Source: Candidatus Kuenenia stuttgartensis
Lineage (GTDB): Bacteria > Planctomycetota > Brocadiia > Brocadiales > Brocadiaceae
Direction of reading: 5' to 3'
Assembly: GCF_900232105.1 (NCBI RefSeq)
Contig: NZ_LT934425.1
Coordinates: 3,870,001 to 3,902,000, forward strand
Length of the DNA stretch: 32,000 bases
In this document: positions 1 to 9,039 of the stretch, piece by piece
How the letters are laid out: each line of letters opens with the position of its first letter
Position numbering within the stretch: the first letter of the stretch is position 1
The notes under the pieces: model-generated
Seen by the model: the letters and a program-made list of their open reading frames with translations, nothing else
What the model was told of the DNA's origin: nothing
The model's database searches: none
Made by a program: the position numbers and the translations under genes

Positions 1-378
1 ACTGTTCATCGGATATCGCAAAAAACAGTGATGTTGATGAAAGATAAATTTGGGAGTTCGGGGGATGATATCCTTGTAGGTATTGGCCCTTCAATAGGGC
101 CGTGTTGCTACAAGGTAGATATAGCGACAATCGTTAAGAGTAATAACGATTTAAAAGAGAAAAGTGATATAGTTTTACATGAAAAACATGATGGCAAAGG
201 GCATTTTGATTTATGGACAACGAACAAATTACAGCTTATAAAAATGGGTATTCCGGAGAAAAATATAGAAATAGCTGAAAGGTGTACTTCCTGTAATAAT
301 GCCCTTTTTTATTCATATCGAAAAGAAAATGGGAGAACAGGAAGATTTGGTGTGGGGATCATGCTCAGGAGTAAATAA
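1..378 (+). CDS. 3' part of a YfiH/PgeF-family (DUF152, laccase-domain) protein gene; 5' end lies outside the window
   Basis: Frame 1 is open from base 1, so the track ORF 28..378 is the tail of a longer gene. GPSIGPCCY and ERCTSCNNALFYSYRKENGRTGRFGVGI match the conserved C-terminal half of this family as I remember it. Confidence 0.7.
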   Translation, partial: TVHRISQKTVMLMKDKFGSSGDDILVGIGPSIGPCCYKVDIATIVKSNNDLKEKSDIVLHEKHDGKGHFDLWTTNKLQLIKMGIPEKNIEIAERCTSCNNALFYSYRKENGRTGRFGVGIMLRSK

Positions 379-429
379 CACTCCGGGCCTTTTTCTCACC
401 CACGCCATAGCAAGATATGCGGTATTGCA

Positions 430-1293
430 CTACCTTAAATATTTACCAAAAACAACCTCTAATTTCTTTTTCGTCTCTTCTGGAACAATGTCCTTATTGG
501 TAATAATAGCATCCTTTGCCGCAGTAGCGCAAATACATGTCCTACTTTGCTTAATTTTGGGAATAGCTATTTTGAGTATTTTTTTTGCCATTTCCGCATT
601 TTTGTTAAGATTTGAGATAACCATTTCTAATGTAACGTGATCTTCTTCCTCATGCCAGCAATCATAATCTGTAGCCATTGCAAGTGTACTGTAACATATT
701 TCAGCTTCTCTGGCTAATTTCGCCTCTTGGAGATTAGTCATGCCTATAACGCTTACACCCCATTGGCGATACACATGTGATTCTGCGCGTGTAGAAAAAA
801 GGGGTCCTTCCATGCATAAATACGTGCCACCTTTATGTACACGGGCGTTCACGGATTTTGCTGATTCATGTAATAGTGTGGCAAGGTTATTGCAAACAGG
901 ATCGGCGAAGCTTACATGGCCTACAATGCCATTGCCAAAGAAAGTATTTATTCTACCACGGGTTCTGTCAAAAAACTGGTCAGGGATGACGATATCTAAA
1001 GGCTTTATTTCTTCTTTCATACTTCCTACAGCGCTTACGGCAATAATATGCCCAACGCCCAGCCTTTTCATTCCATAGATATTCGCCCTAAAATTGAGTT
1101 CAGAAGGCAATATAGTATGTCCCTTTCCATGTCGTGGTAAAAAAGCGACCCTTTTTCCTTCTAAAATTCCTAAAGTAAAATTATCGGAGGGTTTGCCGAA
1201 TGGAGTATCGATAGACAAAGATTCTACGTCGGTGATGCCTTCGATATCGTAAAGTCCACTCCCACCAATTATTCCAATCGTTTGTTCCTGCAT
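430..1293 (-). CDS. mtnP: S-methyl-5'-thioadenosine phosphorylase (MTAP / PNP family 2)
   Basis: 287 aa. The N-terminal IGIIGGSGLY, FLPRHGKGH, SAVGS and GMTNLQEAKLAREAEICY motifs are typical of MtnP/MTAP. Confidence 0.9.
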   Translation of the reverse strand: MQEQTIGIIGGSGLYDIEGITDVESLSIDTPFGKPSDNFTLGILEGKRVAFLPRHGKGHTILPSELNFRANIYGMKRLGVGHIIAVSAVGSMKEEIKPLDIVIPDQFFDRTRGRINTFFGNGIVGHVSFADPVCNNLATLLHESAKSVNARVHKGGTYLCMEGPLFSTRAESHVYRQWGVSVIGMTNLQEAKLAREAEICYSTLAMATDYDCWHEEEDHVTLEMVISNLNKNAEMAKKILKIAIPKIKQSRTCICATAAKDAIITNKDIVPEETKKKLEVVFGKYLR

Positions 1294-1793
1294 TTAATAT
1301 TTCTCCTTGTACATTATCTGTGTAAAGTAAAAGTGAGATTATGCTAAAATTATGTTGCCGGTGTCAATACATAAAATTTAGGAATAATTATTCTGCGTCG
1401 AATATTTTTGGCATAAATCTGACATAAATAAAGATCCTCTTTTCTTTGAAGGCTATCATTACATTATTGAGTTATTTTTAGGGGACAAATTACTAAAATA
1501 CTATCGATGCGTAAGAATAGCGCGGCATGATTCATTTGCGTTAAATAAAACAGTAGAAAACACTTGAAAACCAAATATGAAATCAATTAAACTATAAAAG
1601 TTTTTGCGCCTCATTGCACTGGCAAGCGGTAAAATTGGGTAACTACATCTTTATGATACGTTATTTTTTGAAAAATAACCCTTGGAGGATTAAATATTAA
1701 TAGCATACCTATTATTTAATTTTTTTATAATCGTAACATTTTTATTAGTAATGTATTAAGTTAATTCTTTGCTTTCAAAATAAAATAGAAAAT

Positions 1794-3716
1794 ATGGTTA
1801 AAGTAACATTACCTGACGGAACTAAAAAGGATTTCGAAGATAATATAACTATTGGTGAGGTCGCAAGTAACATAAACAGCAAGATGGGAGGGATCGCATT
1901 GGCTGCGAGGGCGGACGGAGTTCTGGTAGACCTTAATTATCCTATAAAAGATGATATTTCTCTTTCTGTTATTACGGAAGAAACACAGGAGGGACTGGAA
2001 ATAATACGCCACAGTACAGCGCATATTATGGCGCAGGCGGTTTGCAGACTTTTTCCTGGGGTAAAGCTTGGGATAGGTCCTACTATCGAAAACGGATTTT
2101 ATTATGACTTTGACTGTCCTAACCATTTTACCACAGAAGATCTGAAAAAGATCGAAGATGAAATGTTAAAAATCATAAAGGAAGATATTCGTTTTGAGAG
2201 AACAGATATGCCCCGGGAGTTAGCAGTAAAAGAAATGGAAAAAAGCGGACAACCGTATAAAGTGGAACTCATAAGAGACATTGAAGACGATACCGTTTCT
2301 TTCTACCGCCAAAATGAATTTATTGACCTATGTCGTGGACCTCATATTCAAAAGACGGGCAGGGTGAAATCTTTTAAACTCCTCAGTGTTGCAGGCGCTT
2401 ATTGGCGTGGGAAAGAAACGAATTCTATGTTACAGCGTATTTATGGCACAGCGTTCTTTACCAATGAGGATCTTAAAAAATACTTAAAGATGCTGGAGGA
2501 GGCTGAAAAGCGTGACCACCGGAAAATTGGCAAAGATTTGGATCTTTTCAGCTTTCATGAAGACGGCGGAGCTGGGCTTGCGTTCTGGCACCCTAAGGGC
2601 GCTAGAATGAGAAGCATCATTGAGGATTTTTGGAGACAAGAACATTTCAGGAGAGGGTACGAAATACTTTACAGTCCGCACATAGCAAAGATCAATCTGT
2701 GGAAGACGAGCGGCCATTGGGATTTTTACCGGGAGAGCATGTATTCACCTATCGATGTTGATGGACACGAATACATATTGAAACCAATGAATTGCCCTTT
2801 TGCAGTGCTTATATATAAAACAAAGCTGCACAGTTATCGCGATTTACCGTTACGATGGGGTGAATTGGGGACGGTATACCGGTATGAAAGATCCGGTGTA
2901 TTGCATGGTTTATTACGTGTGCGGGGTTTTACCCAGGATGATGCGCACATATTTTGTACCCCTGATCAGTTAGAACAGGAAATTTTAGAGGTAATTAAGC
3001 TGGCGCAATTTATGCTGTCGAGTTTTGGGTTTAATGAGTATGAGATCGAATTGAGTGTTCGCGGAAAAGGTGAAAAAGAAAAGTATATCGGCAGGGATGA
3101 TGTGTGGGATCATGCAGAAGATGCGTTAAAAATTGCGCTTGAGAAAACAGGGTTACATTACACGCGTATGGAAGGAGAGGCGAAATTTTATGGTCCTGCA
3201 ATCGACATAAAGGTAAAGGATGCTATCGGAAGAGGATGGCAAGGCCCTACGATACAGGTAGACTTTAATCTTCCGGAAAGATTTGACGTCAATTATGTGG
3301 GTTCCGATGGTTATCATCACAGGGTTGTGATGATCCATCGTACGGTCATGGGTGCGATGGAACGATTTATTGGATGCTTAATTGAACATTTTGCAGGAGA
3401 TTTTCCTCTGTGGATTGCGCCTATACAAATGAGAATATTATCGATAACAGACGCACAAATAGATTATGCGAAGAAATTGCAAACTGAGTTGCTTTTAAAG
3501 AATTTTAGGGTAGAATGCGATATTGGCAACAACAAAATTGGTTATAAAATCAGAGAAGGCACGTTACAAAAAATTCCTTACTTATTGATTGTTGGCAATA
3601 AAGAAATGGAAGAAGGATTAGTAGCTGTTCGTAGCAGGAAGAATGGGGATGAAGGGGCGCTTCCTGTTCGGGACTTTATTAGCAAAGTTGAGGAGGAGGT
3701 ACGGGGGAAAAAGTAA
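1794..3716 (+). CDS. thrS: threonyl-tRNA synthetase
   Basis: 640 aa with full-length ThrRS architecture: a TGS-like N-terminus (VTLPDGTKKDFE), the editing-domain HSTAH motif, class II core motifs (FRVRGFTQDDAHIF, GPTIQVDFNLPERF) and an anticodon-binding C-terminus. Confidence 0.97.
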   Translation: MVKVTLPDGTKKDFEDNITIGEVASNINSKMGGIALAARADGVLVDLNYPIKDDISLSVITEETQEGLEIIRHSTAHIMAQAVCRLFPGVKLGIGPTIENGFYYDFDCPNHFTTEDLKKIEDEMLKIIKEDIRFERTDMPRELAVKEMEKSGQPYKVELIRDIEDDTVSFYRQNEFIDLCRGPHIQKTGRVKSFKLLSVAGAYWRGKETNSMLQRIYGTAFFTNEDLKKYLKMLEEAEKRDHRKIGKDLDLFSFHEDGGAGLAFWHPKGARMRSIIEDFWRQEHFRRGYEILYSPHIAKINLWKTSGHWDFYRESMYSPIDVDGHEYILKPMNCPFAVLIYKTKLHSYRDLPLRWGELGTVYRYERSGVLHGLLRVRGFTQDDAHIFCTPDQLEQEILEVIKLAQFMLSSFGFNEYEIELSVRGKGEKEKYIGRDDVWDHAEDALKIALEKTGLHYTRMEGEAKFYGPAIDIKVKDAIGRGWQGPTIQVDFNLPERFDVNYVGSDGYHHRVVMIHRTVMGAMERFIGCLIEHFAGDFPLWIAPIQMRILSITDAQIDYAKKLQTELLLKNFRVECDIGNNKIGYKIREGTLQKIPYLLIVGNKEMEEGLVAVRSRKNGDEGALPVRDFISKVEEEVRGKK

Positions 3717-3740
3717 TCTTAATTATGGAGGAGAACATAT

Positions 3741-4238
3741 ATTTCACAGATATTAAGGATTAACGAGCGCATCCGTGTTCAAAAAGTGAGGCTGATTGAC
3801 GAAAATAGTGAGCAAGTTGGGATAGTCAGCATAGATGAAGCGCTTGGACGGGCAAAAAGTGTGGAGATGGACTTGGTAGAGGTTGCTCCTGAAGCAGACC
3901 CTCCTGTTTGCCGGCTCATGAATTACGGCAAGTTTAAATATAAGCAAAAGAAGAAGAAAACGCAAAAACAGCGAGTGGTTCAGTTGAAGGAATTAAGAAT
4001 CAGGCCCAAAACAGGTGGACACGATATACAGACAAAAATCCGGCAGGCACGTAAATTTTTAGAAAATAAAGATCGGGTGCTTGTAATGATGCTTTTTAAA
4101 GGGCGTGAACGGGCTCATTCCGATATGGGTGATAGTGTTTTAAATCAATTTGCCGTAGAACTGGAAGATATTGCCAAGGTAGAGAAAGACCGCATTTCTG
4201 ATGACAGAAGGATGGGGATTATTTTATCTCCAAAGTAA
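3741..4238 (+). CDS. infC: translation initiation factor IF-3, probably starting at an AUU codon
   Basis: The track ORF starts at GTG 3786, but the frame is open back to 3723. The conserved IF-3 N-terminus RINERIRVQKVRLID begins upstream of 3786. An in-frame ATT at 3741 lies 7 nt after GGAGGAG (3727-3733), and there is no in-frame ATG or GTG upstream. The rest is classic IF-3 (PPVCRLMNYGKFKY, RFRGRE-like FKGRERAH). Confidence 0.88.
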   Translation: MSQILRINERIRVQKVRLIDENSEQVGIVSIDEALGRAKSVEMDLVEVAPEADPPVCRLMNYGKFKYKQKKKKTQKQRVVQLKELRIRPKTGGHDIQTKIRQARKFLENKDRVLVMMLFKGRERAHSDMGDSVLNQFAVELEDIAKVEKDRISDDRRMGIILSPK

Positions 4239-4389
4239 AATAAAAAATGGTATATACTGCGAGGGTTCACAAATAGGGAGCTCCCGATTTGCATATTTGG
4301 CTTAACATTGACAGGTTGCTACGCGCAGGCAGATGCATATTTTATACGAGGAAACATCTTGTCCGTAGCTACAACTGTATTTTTTTGTG

Positions 4390-4418
4390 ATTTTTCAAAA
4401 AACTAAAGTGTTAAAAAA
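4390..4418. repeat. solo copy of the IS66-element terminal inverted repeat (27/29 identical to 31362-31390)
   Basis: Position-by-position alignment of attttt caaaaaactaaagtgttaaaaaa with the right end of the IS at 31362-31390 gives only two mismatches (4400, 4414). I found no partner repeat nearby. Confidence 0.5.
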
Positions 4419-4469
4419 ACTTTAATAGAGAAGAATGGGATTTTTAGTATTTGATAGAGGAAAGCACAC

Positions 4470-4667
4470 ATGCCAAAATTAAAACCACACAAAGGCCTTA
4501 AAAAAAGAGTGAAAATTACCGCAAATGGTAAAGTAATGAGGTCAAAAGCCGGGAAGAGTCACTTAATGTCTGGAAAATCGGGAAGAAGAAAACAACGGCT
4601 TAGAAAGAAGATTGAAGTATCTCCGGGTTTTAGCAAGAATATAAAGAGAGCAATGTTAGAAGAATAA
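4470..4667 (+). CDS. rpmI: 50S ribosomal protein L35
   Basis: 65 aa. MPKLKPHKGLKKRVKITANGKV is the canonical L35 N-terminus, and the gene sits in the conserved infC-rpmI-rplT order. Confidence 0.95.
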   Translation: MPKLKPHKGLKKRVKITANGKVMRSKAGKSHLMSGKSGRRKQRLRKKIEVSPGFSKNIKRAMLEE

Positions 4668-4705
4668 ATTACGCGTTTTATTGTTTTTTTTGAAAGAGAA
4701 GTAAT

Positions 4706-5068
4706 ATGAGAGCTACAAATGGAAGTGCAAAAAAAAGATCCAGAAAGAGGCTGTTAAAAAAGACAAAGGGATACTGGGGCGGCAGAGGTAATTTATATAA
4801 AAAAGCCATCGAGACGTATATTCGCGCGATGGCATACTCTTTCAGGGATAGAAAAGTAAGGAAGCGGGAGTTTCGGAGTCTTTGGATTACAAGAATTAAT
4901 GCGGCTGTCCGTGAGCATGGGATTTCATACAGCCGTTTTATCCGTGGGCTAACGGTTGCTAAATTGGATATAAACAGGAAGATGTTGGCGGAGATGGCGG
5001 TTAATGATAAACCTGCCTTTGCTAATTTAGTGGAGATGGTAAAAGGAAAAGTAGGGGCGTCTCTATAA
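4706..5068 (+). CDS. rplT: 50S ribosomal protein L20
   Basis: 120 aa. Contains the typical L20 sequence KGYWGGRGNLYKKAIETYIRAMAYSFRDRKVRKREFRSLWITRINAA. Confidence 0.95.
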   Translation: MRATNGSAKKRSRKRLLKKTKGYWGGRGNLYKKAIETYIRAMAYSFRDRKVRKREFRSLWITRINAAVREHGISYSRFIRGLTVAKLDINRKMLAEMAVNDKPAFANLVEMVKGKVGASL

Positions 5069-5154
5069 TTTCACCATACATTCACGGTTTAAAACCTCCC
5101 ATTATAACTCCAGGAAACATTTCTTCCATAATACAACAGAAATTAGTATAAATA

Positions 5155-5207
5155 AGGCACGCTTATTCCTTGCAAAATACAATGAATGGGCGTGCCTGTG
5201 TTTTTTA
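5155..5207 (+). terminator. hairpin plus T-run between rplT and pheS (terminator or attenuator)
   Basis: aggcacgc (5155-5162) pairs with gcgtgcct (5190-5197) and is followed by gtg and tttttt (5201-5206). It lies only about 25 nt before the pheS ATG. Confidence 0.45.
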
Positions 5208-5230
5208 TAAACATTAGGAAATTATTCATT

Positions 5231-6247
5231 ATGCCGGAAAAAATACAAGATGCCCAAAAAATGTTTCATAATGAAGTTGGCAAGATAAAAACACGGCAAG
5301 AGGCAGAGCAGCTTAGTGTGAAATATATTGGCAGGACCGGAATAGTCAGTGAATTAATGAAAGTCATACCAAAACTACCTGTGGATAAACGTGCCTCTTA
5401 TGGAAAACAGGTTAATGCTCTAAAAGATGAAATGTGCAGGACGCTTACCGATTTAATAAACAGCTTGTCTTTGGATAAAAAACCTGCAAACAAGAAAGAG
5501 TTTTTTGATGTTACATTGCCGGGAAAGCCAGCGGATGCAGGCAAAAAACACCCTATCACCCAAACTATCGATGATATCAAGGACGTTTTTGCCAGATTGG
5601 GGTTTGAGGTCGCTTACGGACCTGAAGTTGAGTTGGAGTATTATAACTTTGATGCACTGAACATTCCTTCCGACCATCCTTCCAGAACGGATTTTGATAC
5701 GTTCTATATAAAGGAAGATGTATTGTTGCGGAGTCAAACATCCACCGTTCAAATTCGCATTATGGAGAAGCAAAAACCGCCGGTTCGTATCATTGCGCCT
5801 GGCGTCGTTTACCGACCGGACACGGTAGATGCGCGTCATTCCTTTATGTTTCACCAGGTGGAAGGCTTGTTGGTGGATGAAAACGTAAGCTTTGCCGACC
5901 TGAAAGGCACGCTGAATCAATTTATAAAATCTTATTTTGGGCAGAATGTTCAAATGAGGCTCCGCCCTTCATTCTTTCCTTTTACGGAACCTAGCGCCGA
6001 GGTGGATATTTCCTGTTCTCTATGCAATGGCAAAGGATGCAGCGTATGCTCATATAGCGGATGGGTGGAAATCTTAGGGGCAGGAATGGTTGACCCTAAT
6101 GTGTTTGAGGCCGTTCATTATGATGCAGAAAAATATACGGGTTTTGCGTTTGGATTGGGAGTGGAAAGAGTCGCCATGTTAAAGTATGGCATAAATGATA
6201 TTCGTTTATTTTATGAAAATGATATACGTTTTCTTTCTCAATTTTGA
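5231..6247 (+). CDS. pheS: phenylalanyl-tRNA synthetase alpha subunit
   Basis: Class II motifs are present (FRPSFFPFTEPSAEVD, GAGMVDPNV, GFAFGLGVERVAML). I chose the start at ATG 5231 (MPEKIQDAQ...) because the track start at 5186 would read through the terminator T-run. Confidence 0.95.
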   Translation: MPEKIQDAQKMFHNEVGKIKTRQEAEQLSVKYIGRTGIVSELMKVIPKLPVDKRASYGKQVNALKDEMCRTLTDLINSLSLDKKPANKKEFFDVTLPGKPADAGKKHPITQTIDDIKDVFARLGFEVAYGPEVELEYYNFDALNIPSDHPSRTDFDTFYIKEDVLLRSQTSTVQIRIMEKQKPPVRIIAPGVVYRPDTVDARHSFMFHQVEGLLVDENVSFADLKGTLNQFIKSYFGQNVQMRLRPSFFPFTEPSAEVDISCSLCNGKGCSVCSYSGWVEILGAGMVDPNVFEAVHYDAEKYTGFAFGLGVERVAMLKYGINDIRLFYENDIRFLSQF

Positions 6248-6293
6248 ATAGGATTTATACCTTTTTATAAGATTAAAATGAGAAAAGAGTGTT

Positions 6294-8303
6294 ATGAAGA
6301 TTAGCTATAGTTGGTTAAAAGAGTACGTTTGCTTTGATTTGTCTCCCAAAATGCTCGCAGATAAATTGACCAGCGCCGGATTGGTGGCGGCAGGCATTGA
6401 ACCTTTTGGGGATGACTACTGCATTGACCTGGAAGTTACTGCTAATCGTTCTGATTGCATGGGAATTATCGGCATTGCAAGAGAAGTGGCAGCTATTACA
6501 AAAGGAAGCCTGCAACTGCCATGCACGGATATTTCCCGTGAAGGTGATGGTGATATCTCTCAAAATGTTAAAGTAGATGTTAAAGAGCCGTTGCTGTGTT
6601 CACAGTATACAGCTCGTGTGATACGTAATATAATGGTGAAACCGTCTCCGGAGTGGTTGCAGAAAAGACTGAAATGCATTGGGCTTCGTCCTGTTAATAA
6701 TATTGTGGATATAACAAACTATGTAATGATGGAGTCGGGACAGCCCCTTCACGCATTTGATTTGGATAAGGTGTCAGGCGGACAAATACAAGTAAGGAAG
6801 GCGGAGAGCGGGGAAGAGATCGTTGCAATCAATGGCGCCAGACGTGTACTCTTTCATGACATGCTTATTATTGCTGATGAAAAGAGGCCGATCGCAATAG
6901 CCGGCGTAATTGGGGGAAAGGAAACGGAGGTAACAGATGTTACAAGAAATATTCTTATTGAATGCGCCCGATTTGAGCCGAGACAGGTGCGGCGTACTTC
7001 CAAATCGTTGGGAATTGTTTCTGATTCTTCCTGTCGTTTTGAAAGAGGTGTTGACCCATTGGGCTTAGATTTTGCGTCAAAAAGGGCAGCAAAACTAATC
7101 ATTGAGCATGCAGGCGGTGAAATGTGCAAAGGTATTATAGACGTTAGTGCAAATCGAATTGAAGCGAAAAAGGTAGTGCTTCGTATAGAAAGAGTAAAAA
7201 AGATTTTGGGAGTGGATATAAACAGAGATGTAATACTGGATATTCTAAGGAGTTTGCAGTTTAAAATTCTTAATTGTGCTGATACCTTTATTGATGTTGA
7301 AATTCCAGGTTTTCGTGGTGATGTGTCACGTGAAATTGATCTTATAGAAGAAGTGAGCAGGATTTATGACTATAATAATATTCCAGCCAAAACATCAATA
7401 GGCATTCGCGGCAGTAAAAAGAGTAAATACGAGATTGTAGAAAATCTTATTCGCAATAATTTAACAGGATTAGGATTTTATGAGACGAAGACCTTTAGTA
7501 TCGTTAATCATGCTTTTTTGAAGGGAGTGAATCTCTGGTCGGGTGAAGATGTTGTTGAAATAGCAAATCCTTTGCGACAGGAGGAAAGTATCTTACGTAC
7601 CTCGTTATTGCCCAGCCTGGCAAAAGTCAAGATACATAATGCAAATCATGCGTGCGAGAAGGTAAAACTCTTTGAAATAGCAAAAATTTATCTTAAAGGA
7701 GAAAAATTACCACACGAAAAGGTCGGTTTGTCACTATTAGATTCCGCAGGGTTTTTTGAGGGAAAAGGGATTGTTCAATCACTTTTAAAAAATCTTAAAA
7801 TACATGAAAAATGTGAGTGGGTAGCGTTCCATGAGAAAACGAGGTTATTTAATAATGAAAAGGCAGCGAAAATTTTAATGGACGGCAAAACCCTTGGCTA
7901 TATTGGCGAGGCAAGTAAGGAATTGGGCTTCAAAACGTTGTGTACTCTGATAGAGCTGGACGTAGATGCCTTAGTTGAAAAAGCTCATTTTGATAAAAAA
8001 TATTGCGAACCTTCTCCTTATCCAATGGTTAAGAGGGATTTTGCGATAGTTGTTGATGAAGAAAAAACGTGGGCGTCCATAGAAGATTGTATTAATGGCG
8101 CAAATATTTCCATCGTAAAAGAAGTAAATTATTTTGATATATACAGGGGAAAACAAATTCCCGAAGGAAAAAAAAGCATTGCATTTAATCTCTGTTTCCA
8201 ATCTTACGAAAGAACTCTAAAGAGCGAAGAGGTTGATGATGCGTCGGCTGTAATACTTGACGCTTTGTATAAAAAATTAGGGGCTGAATTGCGCACACAG
8301 TAA
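6294..8303 (+). CDS. pheT: phenylalanyl-tRNA synthetase beta subunit, short form lacking the N-terminal OB-fold (B2 / tRNA_bind) insertion
   Basis: 669 aa. The MKISYSWLKEYV start and the B3/B4, B5 (GVIGGKETEV), FDX-ACB-like C-terminus and other blocks are present. The roughly 110-aa segment normally found between IEP... and ...DLEVTANRSDC is absent. Confidence 0.95.
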   Translation: MKISYSWLKEYVCFDLSPKMLADKLTSAGLVAAGIEPFGDDYCIDLEVTANRSDCMGIIGIAREVAAITKGSLQLPCTDISREGDGDISQNVKVDVKEPLLCSQYTARVIRNIMVKPSPEWLQKRLKCIGLRPVNNIVDITNYVMMESGQPLHAFDLDKVSGGQIQVRKAESGEEIVAINGARRVLFHDMLIIADEKRPIAIAGVIGGKETEVTDVTRNILIECARFEPRQVRRTSKSLGIVSDSSCRFERGVDPLGLDFASKRAAKLIIEHAGGEMCKGIIDVSANRIEAKKVVLRIERVKKILGVDINRDVILDILRSLQFKILNCADTFIDVEIPGFRGDVSREIDLIEEVSRIYDYNNIPAKTSIGIRGSKKSKYEIVENLIRNNLTGLGFYETKTFSIVNHAFLKGVNLWSGEDVVEIANPLRQEESILRTSLLPSLAKVKIHNANHACEKVKLFEIAKIYLKGEKLPHEKVGLSLLDSAGFFEGKGIVQSLLKNLKIHEKCEWVAFHEKTRLFNNEKAAKILMDGKTLGYIGEASKELGFKTLCTLIELDVDALVEKAHFDKKYCEPSPYPMVKRDFAIVVDEEKTWASIEDCINGANISIVKEVNYFDIYRGKQIPEGKKSIAFNLCFQSYERTLKSEEVDDASAVILDALYKKLGAELRTQ

Positions 8304-8335
8304 AATGTACGCAGGGAAGAACTGCTAAATTGATA

Positions 8336-8380
8336 AAAAGTCAAGCACAGTAGCTTATACTTTGTGTTGACTTTTAAGTT
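8336..8380 (+). terminator. rho-independent terminator after pheT (A-tract/T-tract flanked, so possibly bidirectional)
   Basis: aaaagtcaagcaca (8336-8349) pairs with tgtgttgactttt (8363-8375) with one bulge. A T-rich tail follows, 33 nt after the pheT stop. Confidence 0.55.
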
Positions 8381-8444
8381 TCGCTTTGCTAAAAGGTAGA
8401 AACTGTATAATAACTTGCTAAGCGTAATAGGATAGACCGTCGTC

Positions 8445-8716
8445 ATGCCTACAATCTCGATGTTCTATGGCATTCTTATCCGGGTGTTTTCTATGATATG
8501 GATAAGCACAACGTGCCGCATATTCATGCCGAATATCAGGGACAAGTAGCGGTCTATTCGATTCATGATGGAACGGTCTTGGCTGGTGAGCTTCCGCCAT
8601 AGAAGCACAAGTTAGTCGTCGCATGGATTGAAATACATCAGGATGATTTACTTGCTGACTGGCAATTGGCAGTAAATGGTAAAAAACCGTTTCCAATTCG
8701 AGGACTTGACCAATGA
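8445..8716 (+). pseudogene. DUF4160-family gene disrupted by a 1-nt frameshift and an in-frame TAG
   Basis: MPTISMFYGILIRVF (frame of 8445) continues as FYDMDKHNVPHIHAEYQGQVAVYSIHDGTVLAGELPP only after a -1 shift in the T-run 8487-8490. TAG at 8600-8602 then interrupts the frame before KHKLVVAWIEIHQDDLLADWQLAVNGKKPFPIRGLDQ. The stop overlaps the next ATG (ATGA at 8713). Confidence 0.75.
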
Positions 8717-8961
8717 ACATTGTAGAAATTGTTCCCAATGACAATTACACGCTGTACGTCAAAGTAGAAAATGGAAGAGCAGGTTTATTTGACGTAAAAC
8801 CTTACTTGGAATCAGAGGCCTTCGCGCCACTAAACGACAGAGTTGAATTCGAACGAGTTCACAACAGTGGGTACTTTGTCGAATGGGACTGCGGAGCGGA
8901 CCTTTCTGCCGATACGATACAGGCGCGATGGAAAACATTGTCAACCGAAAACGCCCAATAA
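8713..8961 (+). CDS. DUF2442-family small protein (usual partner of DUF4160)
   Basis: 82 aa. IVEIVPNDNYTLYVKVENGRAGLFDVKPYL...FERVHNSGYFVEWDCGADLSADTI matches the DUF2442 pattern as I remember it. It is start/stop-coupled to the upstream DUF4160 reading frame. Confidence 0.8.
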   Translation: MNIVEIVPNDNYTLYVKVENGRAGLFDVKPYLESEAFAPLNDRVEFERVHNSGYFVEWDCGADLSADTIQARWKTLSTENAQ

Positions 8962-9039
8962 GGCGCTACACCAGCCGGCGCCAAAAAGCGGCGCGGTTGA
9001 GCTCAGGCGTTAAACTGCTGAAAATATGGGAATACGTTG

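Noticed and set aside
1690-1740. Hairpin plus T-run about 80 nt upstream of thrS as a possible leader attenuator or T-box-like element
   Set aside because: The stem is made only of A-T pairs with a 3-nt bulge, so it is thermodynamically negligible. No T-box specifier or anti-terminator features are seen.
5181-5216. 11-codon micro-ORF (MNGRACVFYKH) as a possible pheM-like leader peptide
   Set aside because: It has only one Phe codon, which gives no basis for Phe-sensing attenuation.
5453-5953. 166-aa ORF antisense to pheS
   Set aside because: It lies entirely inside the strongly conserved pheS frame, shows low-complexity shadow-frame composition, and has no recognisable motif or ribosome-binding site.
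8418-8744. 108-aa minus-strand ORF
   Set aside because: The opposite strand encodes a clearly recognisable, though disrupted, DUF4160 gene. The minus-strand ORF is its shadow.
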